A stretch of DNA of 64,000 nt, taken from Octopus vulgaris (Eukaryota). Position 1 is the stretch's first letter. Each line of letters begins with the position of its first letter. The notes beneath the pieces are model-generated. The model did not search any database. It was given only the letters and a program-made list of their open reading frames with translations, and was not told where the DNA came from. The stretch lies in contig OX597819.1 of NCBI GenBank assembly GCA_951406725.2, forward strand, positions 101,494,001-101,558,000. The letters run 5' to 3'. Positions 53,132 to 64,000 of this stretch are shown here, piece after piece. A program made the position numbers and the translations under genes.

Positions 53132-53337
53132 TTAATCCAAACAAGAAAGCACAAATAAAACACAACGCGAGGACGTGGAACAAATATAGTATTATAGGAC
53201 GCTCAGGAATGAAGGAAAGAAGGAGGGTTTAACGTTTCGAGCGGAGCTCTTCGTCGGAAACATAAGAGAAGGAAAAATCCAGAGATGGGAAGACAGAGGA
53301 AAAAAATCGTCAACGGTACACACGAGGTCACACTTTG
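53131..53337 (-). mobile_element. Second ~210-bp hammerhead element in (TA)n; core mutated (CCGACGA)
   Basis: Colinear with 32241-32451 end to end; hammerhead at 53227-53261. Confidence 0.8.
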
Positions 53338-55835
53338 AAATATATATATATTTATATATATATATATATATATACCTCTTCATACATACGCAAACAAGAA
53401 CCTACACACTCACAAACACACACACATACAAATACACAAACATACGTTAATATGTATATTTATTTTTCTTCCCCTTCTCTCACTCTGTCTTCATAATTTA
53501 TCGTAATTTATTTATATAATAGTGAGCATGAATGCTCATCACATTTTGTGTATAAGTATATTCTTTAATTATGGATTAACTATGCTACATTAGAATTCCT
53601 GCGAAAACCTTGCAATTTTAAAGCGTTCCCATTAAATGTCGGTATTCTTCCCCTATGTTAGACTAAGATATGTGAGAGGACACGAGACTTTGAAGAACTT
53701 TAAACTTTGCCTGCTGGAATTGAGTGAAACATATGAGACATAGATAAGGGGAGAAAACGTGCGTGCAGTTTTTGTTCGTGTGTGCGGTGAGGTAGGGCAG
53801 TGTTAGGTAAAATATCTATGGCTATTGGCTTTCAAAGCTGTTTCACTACACCATACTAAAACTTAAATAAAGGCATACAGCATGCATCACACCCTTGCGC
53901 ACATGTGTATGTGTATTCATGGCTTTAGTGGTCATTTTATGAGATGTTACATAATTTTAAGCGTTCGTATGTTCATGAAACATATTCAAAAATATGTTCC
54001 TGAGAGCAAGTGAAGAATACATATTCTTATTTATTAACATTAAATCTATTTTCTATCAATTTATTCTGGCGAGGTAGACAAGTGATCATGCTTGAATTTT
54101 CCCAGTTTAAGCTGTTGTTTCTGTAAGCAAGGTGAGAACGTTCCTTCCATAATTTTCAAAACGCCTAATGTTGAATTACGAGATTTAATCTCTCTTTGAT
54201 TACGACATTTCCCGCCGCCACTAGTGTCAATAATTTGCAGTTTCCTTTACCGCGACAGGTGCTAACCAAGTGCTAGCCGTCAATGCCCCTTCTCACCGCC
54301 ATGACCTCTACGACCACTGCAAGAATCGTTTAGAAAATGTCAGTAACTGTTATATTCGTCTATCACCCCCACGACTTCTTAAACGGAAGAAGCAGTGTCT
54401 CTGCTCGCATCACAGTCCACACAGCTGGATCTATATAGACTCAAATGTCGTTACTCAGTTCATCTCTGAGGATGGACCTGTATAACCCATATATATCCTT
54501 GATTATGTTTTCGCAACGGGAACCTACACCTACTTTTTGGACATGAACTCGCCGAGAAGCATCTGACTGAGCATACAAAATCTTCAGTAGATAGTCGACA
54601 CCCGTAGCTAACAGTTGCATGTCCTTTTTTTCCAGATTGTGAAAGCTTAACATAATGTTTAATCTAAATACAGTGAAATTTTAAGACTTCATTTTATTTT
54701 ATGGACATATATGGATGGGATAAGAAAGAGAAGAGACAAAGGAATAAATTATTATCTTCGTTACCTTATAGTTATTTCTGCTATACGATGTTGTGGGCTC
54801 ATAGTTTAGTGCCTGAATAACACCTTATAGCTTCATCGAGGCCTCGAATATGAAATGAAATTTATTGTTGTAAAAGAATTACATTACATGTCTTGTCCAA
54901 TGAACAGAAAAGAACAATATACTCCTAAATGAAAAGAACAATATGTTGATAATTTAATTTGATCCACTTTCGAAAGAGAATATTCTGATACTGCAACATG
55001 CTCTTGTTCTCGGCATATTGTATTGGTGTAACTATTGATAAGAATTTAAACTGAAGTTTCCACGTAAACAGCTAGGTTGACTTGGCCCGCAAGATGTGCT
55101 CCTAGATTCTGATAACTTTCTGGTCTAAAGATGCTCACAACATCATTCTTTTCTACTCTACCGTTGCTCGAATTCACCTTCAATACCGTTGCTACTGTGG
55201 TCTCCCCACACGAAGCAAAGAATTATAAAAGTGGAATCACTCCAGATGTCAATAACTAGAAAGAAAGACGGCATGGCAGCCATTGACTACTGGGGTTGAC
55301 TAAAAAAAATCAATCTCGACTCACTCCAATGCCGCCGTGAGCGCTACATCATTTGTGTGATATGGAGATCAATATTGCAGAAATGATGCTGGCATCAGTT
55401 TTATAATCCACTCAAGAATTTGTCTCCGTGCTATCTGCCGACTACAAAAATCGAACTCAGGACACATAACGACATTACGACACAACTACTTTAACACAAC
55501 CGGTCCAGCTCTCTTTAATGTCATATCAAAATACATAAAAAAATACATCCCATAAAACACAAAAGTTCTCTGGACAAATTTCACCAAAAATTCTCGGACC
55601 AGCCTTCTATACTCGGATATGTCTCTAACAATAATACATCCTTGATAGAATGGGCCATGGTGTCCCATATATGATGGAAGCGTGAATCACGATCTGAAAG
55701 ACTTCACCAGGTGGTGCTATTCAGTTAGACGTGGCCTGAGCCAATACTGACCGAAACCTATCTAAGTTATATGTAAAGACATATATACATACATATATGT
55801 GTGCGTGTGCGTGTGTGTGTGTGTGTTTGTGCGTT

Positions 55836-55879
<44 letters not shown>

Positions 55880-56699
55880 CATACAATCATACATGTACAT
55901 ATATGTATTACATATATATAGACATATACATAAATATATATACGTGTGTATATATATATATGCATACATACATATACATCCATACATCTATACATATATA
56001 TATATACATATACATATACATATATATATATACATATATATATACACAGGGAGAGAAAGAAAGAGAGAGAGAGCAAAGTAGCGGGAGACTATGGGTGAGC
56101 GGTGTCTGTGTGATTGAAGTAATCAGAAAGAGTGACAGAAATTGTAAATTACATTGCCTTGAGTCATGGAGTTTCCGTTATTTAGGATATACACTCACGT
56201 GCACAAATACATACATGTATGCAGACATGCAAACATATATACACACATACATACATATTTATGTGCGTCCCTATGTAGATATGCATGTCTATTAATGTGT
56301 GTGAATGCGTGTTAACAATAAAAGTAAAATGTATATCATAGGAAGTTAGACAAAAATATGGAACACTATTGGCAGAAAAATCTAACGACCCTTTATTTAA
56401 AGAACATGTGTCAACAGTGGTATATTCTGTAACTTCTACGCACAATCCACTTGTCACATTTCTCCTGTCATATAAATCGAATTTCAATCCACTTGTCACA
56501 AATCACTTGACATATCAAGTGATTTTGGTAAAATTCGATTGTTGATCACAACCCTAACACTCATCCTTCATTATATAATCGTAAATTTGTGGCTTTCAGC
56601 GTATTCACTGAGGTAATTTTATAGAACTAAGAACATATCTCAAGTGAAATTGTGATGCACAACTTCGAAAATTAAATTAAATTGTGTGTGTGTGTGTGT

Positions 56700-57830
56700 T
56701 GGTATCTTGGGAATACCGTAGAATTGGCTGGTTTTACTTTTGAAATTGGTCATATAGTCATATTCTTTGTCGGTGAGCTCTTCTTTGTATAGGTTTAACA
56801 TGGATTTTTGTTCTCTCATTATTTTTTGCTGACTGTACTTTTGGGTCTTTTCATAATATGTTGTATCTTCCAACATAGATAGTACTAAAGTTATATAAAA
56901 TACCGTGTCCATTATGTCAACTGCACTCCCTTTATTGGCCTCTTTGGTTGTTATTGTTTTGTCATTTTTTAATTTGTTCAGCTCAGTCCATTTTTTTTTT
57001 TGCTGAAGTTTGGTTTGTGTTTTTGTTTGTGCATATGTTGATATGGGTAATTCGAAATGTGTTCACACAAATGATCAAGTGTTTTGAGCGGGGTGCAGTT
57101 ACTCGTATTTCTGACCAACGATTCGTCCTCGTTGTATTTGTCGTATAGCTCCTCAGCAAGACGTAATTTTCTACAGAATTCTGCGATGTCCTCTTTCATT
57201 TCATTGTAGTTGGGGTGTTGTGGGGTGGGTGTAAACTTGAGTCCTTTGGAGAGTATATTGATTTGGTTTGCTGTTAGTTCATTGTGAGTTAGATTGATCA
57301 TTTTTATCACTGTTGGTTACTCCTGTCTCTTTGGTGCTATCTTGTGTCTCTGTGTTTGCGTATTGAGTCTAAAAAATGATTGCGGTGGTTGGGAGGGTAA
57401 CTATTATGTAGTTGTTCCTTGTTGTTGCGGGGTGCCCTGTTGTGATTTATGGTGTGTGTTCTGTGAACAGTATTGAAAAGTGTGTCCCAATAACCCATAT
57501 TCGGGTGTGGTGTTTTAGGGGGCCGTCGTTCGTAATTATTGCGTGTGGTGCGGGTTTGTTGTGCATGGTTGTTTAGTAGGTTGTTGGAACGAAAATTTCG
57601 TTCGTAACTCTTTTTCGGGGGTAGGAGGTTACAGCGTCTATCCTGTGGGTAGTGATTTATCCTTTCTCTGTTTGAAGTTAGGGTACTCCCGAAATTGTAT
57701 TGTTGGTGGCTTACAAAGTTAGGGTTAGGTCCTGTATTATTTTTTGGTAGAAGTGATGGTTCCGATTTTTAGTCAGGTATGTATCAGTGTTTGAGTGTTG
57801 TTTTGATTTTCTTATTTTCTGGAAAGGATT
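56700..57830 (-). mobile_element. Penelope-like element, N-terminal region and start of RT, truncated at a (CA)n run
   Basis: INLT...QINILSKGLKFTPTP...EFCRKLRL; KEANKGSAVDIM...YYEK...FYGIPKI (PLE ADKG and FYGLPKIHK motifs). Confidence 0.85.
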
Positions 57831-57959
57831 GTTCTCTCGATTGGGTTGATGTGTCGAGTCGAATTATATATATATAGCATCTCTTTGATTCGTAATTACT
57901 TATCATATACATCGAAGGTTATCCATTTGCACATAAAGAAAAAGTTGTTGGTACGAAAT

Positions 57960-58560
57960 ACCTAACAAACAATTGACAGTGAAGACCTTCAGATTCCAAG
58001 ATACAACCGAAAATTTAGATTATATTCTATTTCTGTTGAGGGCATCACGCATGTAATTGGAAGCTGCCAAACAATGTCATCAAGTGAAATGATGCTGTCA
58101 CAGAAACAATATACAATACCATTCGGAAAACAGAATGATCAAAAATGTATAGAGACCATATTTACAACATCAACACTAGGAATATTGGTGAAACCATTCC
58201 TGTCAAAACACCCGACAGGTTTAAACATAACAGGCCCGATGTTATTTTGGACAGACAAGAAAAACTATGTACCATCACAGAGGTCAGAAGCCCTTCTGAT
58301 ATAAATATCTCTTTGAGAAGGAAAGAGAAAGAGGATGACAATGGGAAACTGCTCCCACTTTATATATCTAGATTATAAAGTTACATTTATAGCAATTGGT
58401 GTTTTTTCTGTTTAGAGTAAGTTGCCTATGTGATAATTTGGGTAAGCTACGCTTCTCAGGGAGAGAAAACAACGAACTAATACGCGCATTACAAATGCAT
58501 ATTTTTACTGTAAGTGGAACAGTAAAAATATGCGAGACATTCTCAAGTTTGAAATTTGTC
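57960..58560 (+). mobile_element. RLE-type (R4/Dong-like) non-LTR retrotransposon 3' fragment
   Basis: ITHVIGSCQTM; HNRPDVILDRQEKLCTITEVRSPSDINISLRRKEKEDD (PD..D/E nuclease); ...GTVKICETF. Confidence 0.75.
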
Positions 58561-58900
58561 TTTCTTTTTGTTGTCAACCTTCTAGCGGTAGAGTTTGTAG
58601 CTTCGTTACAAACCACCTCCTTCCTCAGCGGAAGAATTCAAGAATTAAAGACAGAAGAGATCATACTTACTTACACACACTCACACAAACACACACACAC
58701 ACAAACATACAAACAAACACACATATGTATGTATGCGCATCTATTGTATCTAACTATAGATAAATAGACAAATAGATACACACATACATGCATGCATACA
58801 TATATACATTCATATAAGCACGCATAGATACACATACATTTTATATATATATATGTATATATACACACATACATATACATATATATATATATATACATTT

Positions 58901-59005
<105 letters not shown>

Positions 59006-59309
59006 TGTATACATACATATAATAGTCATACAAATCTTGAATGTATTATAAACATAAATGCTTTGAATGTTTAGTATTAGGCAGAATGAATCATGATTTA
59101 TCTTTAAATCTACCCGGCCTGATTTCAGGGTACATCTAGCACACGTGAACGCCTCATTTCATTGATAACACTGTCATATACGCGGCCTATACAGCCTAAT
59201 CTACGATCAGTGGTTAACTAGAGGATTGTTCGTCTTTATTGCTATCACTCTCCTCCCTCCTATATGCCATCTCTCGTACTGTCACTCATACATATTTATA
59301 TACATGATA

Positions 59310-59394
<85 letters not shown>

Positions 59395-59584
59395 AGAGCG
59401 TGTTTAGAGCCATGAGCCCTGTACATACATGTATGTGTGCCTGTGGGAATGTGTGTACATCTCTGACTGTATATGTAACTGAATATCTAGATATTTGGTC
59501 TGCGTTGTATTTATTTCATTTCCAAAAATGTAAATGCATACTTATATACATTTGTATATCAATCAATCAACTTATCTATCTATC

Positions 59585-59658
<74 letters not shown>

Positions 59659-59679
59659 AATCTATCTATCTATCTATCT

Positions 59680-60668
59680 GCTCTCAAGCAACTCTGCCGT
59701 CCTGGGTCGACCTTGAGTGACTTCAACACAACCAAAGCATTCTATAGGGGTTTAGTGGAGGGGAGGTACGACGACGAGCTCGGGGCGAACCTGGACGTCG
59801 ACGAGGAGTACCTGACCCGCCTGTTCAGGATGACTTTCGGGACAGGGCCCATGGACAACTTCCAGAGATCCCTGGCCTGGCAGTGCTACCGAGAAGCGCT
59901 ACCCGTTCGGGATAAGCTCTACAGACACGGCTCGAGAAACACGGGGCCGACCTGCCCGAGATGCGGTCAGAGCGACGAAACCGTTCTGCACGCACTCGTG
60001 CAGTGTCCAACAATTTCCGACCTGTGGGCTTGTGTCGAACAACTGCTGCCACGTGTGGGACGAGTCGGTTTATCAGCTGAGTCTATCGTTAATATTGTCA
60101 CGCCTCCCTCCTTCAAACGGGAAGGAAGAGCTATTTTCATCATCCTTGTGGCTATGGCGAAAGAATGTATCTGGTGGACGCGTCTGAAATGATTGGAGAC
60201 AAACACTTTCCTCTCTGGTCAATCTCTCATCAACTTCTTCAAGTACCACTTGAAAAGGAAAGTGAGAGTAGAGAGGCAAGTTTTGTCTAGCGAATGCTTT
60301 AAAAAGATGGGTGAATGTAGCAAGAATGGCACGTATGAATGACGAAGCCACCTTGAGCATGATCTAATGAACCCAGAAATTGAAAACAGAGAGTTGCTTA
60401 TTTGCAAAAAAAAAAAAAAAAAGAAATATAACATGTGACTCCATTGACCGAGGTTACCGTGGTCTTTTCCGTAGGCTTTTCTTTCGACGGGTAAACCTCA
60501 CCTGTCCTCCCCTTTACACTTCATATTGACATTTCTGTGATAACGATCCCTATTGATCAAATTTTTTTTTTCCTCTCCCCCTTTTTTTTTTTTAAACCTT
60601 CAAAAGAAAAGCTCTACCTTGTAATTTGTTCTATCTGTGTGCAGCCCTGTGTGGCTAATAAAGAAACA
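59680..60668 (+). mobile_element. 5'-truncated Tx1/L1-clade LINE (ORF2 C-terminal zf-RVT and 3'UTR) inserted in a (TATC)n array
   Basis: W..YREALPVRDKL...CPRCGQSDETVLHALVQC...CIWWTR; frameshifted tail to about 60367; ends AATAAAGAAACA; (TATC)n on both sides. Confidence 0.9.
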
Positions 60669-60688
60669 TATCTATCTATCTATCTATC

Positions 60689-60761
<73 letters not shown>

Positions 60762-60828
60762 CCTAACAATCTCTATGTATGCATCTATTTATATATAATA
60801 TATGTTTATATATATATATATATATATG

Positions 60829-60885
<57 letters not shown>

Positions 60886-60925
60886 TAAGGGTGAGAGAAT
60901 TAGATACTAATTTAATAGTATATAG

Positions 60926-60957
<32 letters not shown>

Positions 60958-61174
60958 GCATATATATACATATATACATATGCATATATCTATATATAAA
61001 TACTTATATAGAGAGAGAAAGAGAGATCTTTCTCTCTCTCACTCTCTCTCTCTATATATATATGTATTTATATATAAATATATGCATATACATATATATG
61101 TATATATATGCATATAAATACATATATATATGTGTGTGTGTGTATGTATACGTATATATATATGTGTGTGTGTG

Positions 61175-61218
<44 letters not shown>

Positions 61219-61988
61219 TGTGGATATGCTGGAGCACCGCCTTTAGTCGAGCAAATCGACCCCAGGACTTATCCTTTGTAAGCCTAGTACTTATTCTATC
61301 GTAGTCTTTTGCCGAACCGCTAAGTGACGGGACGTAAACACACCAGTATCAGTTGTTAAGCGATGTTGTGGAACAACCACAGACACACAATTATATACAC
61401 AAACATACATATATATATATATATATAGAAGATAAGAAAATGGTGAAACACATCTAAATCAAATATCAATTACCAGATAATACTCAATCACATACTTTAT
61501 TAAACCACCACATAAGAGACTGTAGGGTTAAATATAAAAAGCAGAACAAATCAGTGTACATAAAGGAATGTACATAAAAAAGTGTACATAAAAGAGTAAT
61601 GTTGTATAATAATTAGAATATAAATACAAGTAAATATAAATATAAGCATACATTAGATCTTACAGCTGTTTCGGCCATGTCGATGTACACTGATTTGTTC
61701 TGCTTTTTATATTTAACCCTACAGTCTCTTATGTGGTGGTTTAATAAAGTATGTGATTGAATATTATCTGGTAATTGATATTTGATTTAGATGTGTTTCT
61801 CCATTTTCTTATCTTGTATTAGCAATTTGTGGTAAATCATTTTACCTTTGCCCATATAATACAGTAAATGAATGGATTGCATCGCAATCATTAACATTTA
61901 GGTATTAACTTTGTTGGGTACTTCACTAGCAGTATATTGGATATACGTTATCCCATGGAGGGTTGCATTTTCAACCGCTATCTCAATT

Positions 61989-62040
<52 letters not shown>

Positions 62041-62320
62041 TAAGGGTAGAAATTGATATTTATCAATTAAGACCAGTGGTCTAGCATATTAAAAAAGAAT
62101 CCGAAGATTAAAATATTTATATATACCAATTATATATATATATATATGTAAATATATAGGACGGGCTTCTTTAAGTTTCCGTCTACCAAATCGCTCAAAA
62201 CGTTTTGGTCTGCCCGGGGCTATAGTAGCAGGCACTTGCCCAAGGTGGCACGCAATGGGACTGAACCTAGAACCATGTTATTCATAAGCAAGCAACTTAA
62301 CACACAGCCACTCCTACGCC
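61219..62320 (-). mobile_element. Family C SINE split in two (61219-61390 and 62160-62320) by ~770 bp inserted in its internal microsatellite
   Basis: The 3' half and the tRNA/CORE head are colinear and on the same strand. Confidence 0.85.
61429..61815. repeat. 133-bp near-perfect inverted repeat with a 121-bp spacer (PLE-like fold-back)
   Basis: Arms 61429-61561 and 61683-61815, two mismatches seen. Confidence 0.92.
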
Positions 62321-62531
62321 GTATGTATATGTATATACATATACATATGTTCCTGTATAATTCTGTGTGTGTGTGTATGTGTGTGTGTGCGTGTGTGTTT
62401 GTGTGCGTGCGTGTGCGTAAATAAATATATAGTCATTCAGTTATCAGTGCGTGTTTCTTTGAATAGTTGATTTCTTAAGTAAAGTAAATATATACATATA
62501 AATATAAATATACATATATGCATACACGTCT

Positions 62532-62592
<61 letters not shown>

Positions 62593-62655
62593 CATATATA
62601 TATACAAATATATGCATTTGTATGCATATATATTTAATATATATATATGTACACA

Positions 62656-62713
<58 letters not shown>

Positions 62714-62909
62714 CTATGTATATGTATATTATGTGTATGTAGATAGAAATGAATTTGTTTATGATTATGTATATTCACAGACATAAATACGTATAAAATT
62801 ATGCCTTTGTGTGTATGAGAGTGTGTCCATATATATTTCACGTTAACCGTGTCATAGTGATAAATGTATCTATTCCCTTTTCATACACAATATAATGGAA
62901 TAACAACCA

Positions 62910-63377
<468 letters not shown>

Positions 63378-64000
63378 AACTATTTTGTCAGTTTACTATT
63401 GATATTCTTTGTATTACAATAATAAGAATACCAGTAACAATAAATAGTACCTACCACCTTAATAATAGAAGACAGTAACTTGCTTTTTGTTTACCTCTTC
63501 TTTTTCTTTTTTCTTTCTTTTTCTTCTTCTTTTTTTCTTTTTCTTCTTCCCTTATCTCTTAAAATTATGTCGGTTTATAATGGGTTAGTGCTTATCACTG
63601 AAATATCATATCTTGTTGCAAGGTTGGTTATAAACATATATTGTAATATAACTTGCGAGGGAGAAGAAAAAGAGAAAGGAAAGATGAGAAAGAATGGTAG
63701 AGAGAGTGAGAGAGAGAGAGTGAGAGAGAGAAAGGTAAGATGTGGAGAGGAACGTGGATTTGTTTGGAGAAAGGGTGGTGACTATATGTGACACACAGTC
63801 ATAATTTTATGGTGACACTCTGTCTCATTTGGTGAATATTATTATTATGGAAATAATAAAAAAGAATCAGTATAAGTTACATGAGGAACGTGTTGTAGAT
63901 GTTGTGCTTTCGTACAACATATGGTGGTGGGGTAGAATTGCATGGTGGTGAAGTGGGAGCTGTTACCAAGCAAAATAAAGGGCTCTGTTAGACGTTCCAA

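Noticed and set aside
54180-55750. ORFs 54270, 54441 and 55486 and possible RT remnants
   Set aside because: Only vague similarity to LINE RT; too decayed to call by eye

Overview
AT-rich eukaryotic DNA packed with (TA)n, (CA)n, (TATC)n, (TACA)n and trinucleotide microsatellites. It is most likely intronic or intergenic DNA of an octopus (coleoid cephalopod); this is inferred from the tRNA-derived CORE-, Nin- and V-type SINE families and the microsatellite density. I found no host protein-coding exon that I can support, and nearly all ORF-track entries are microsatellite translations. Recognisable content is mobile DNA: two Tx1/L1-clade LINE pieces (a 5' half at 1-2.5 kb and a 3' end at 59.7-60.7 kb); Penelope-like (PLE) RT and GIY-YIG remnants; CR1-group, RTE and RLE-type LINE remnants; an internally deleted mariner, a mariner MITE, non-autonomous Helitrons, and more than 25 SINE copies. 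Three observations stand out. (1) A recurring ~210-bp non-coding element carries a minimal hammerhead ribozyme (one copy has an intact core), and further hammerhead/fold-back relics sit in (TA)n tracts. (2) A Nin-domain SINE has a 3' tail and terminal stem-loop matching the 3' end of the Tx1/L1-clade LINE in the same window. (3) That LINE 3' end sits inside a (TATC)n array. All family assignments come from motifs recognised by eye; no searches were run.
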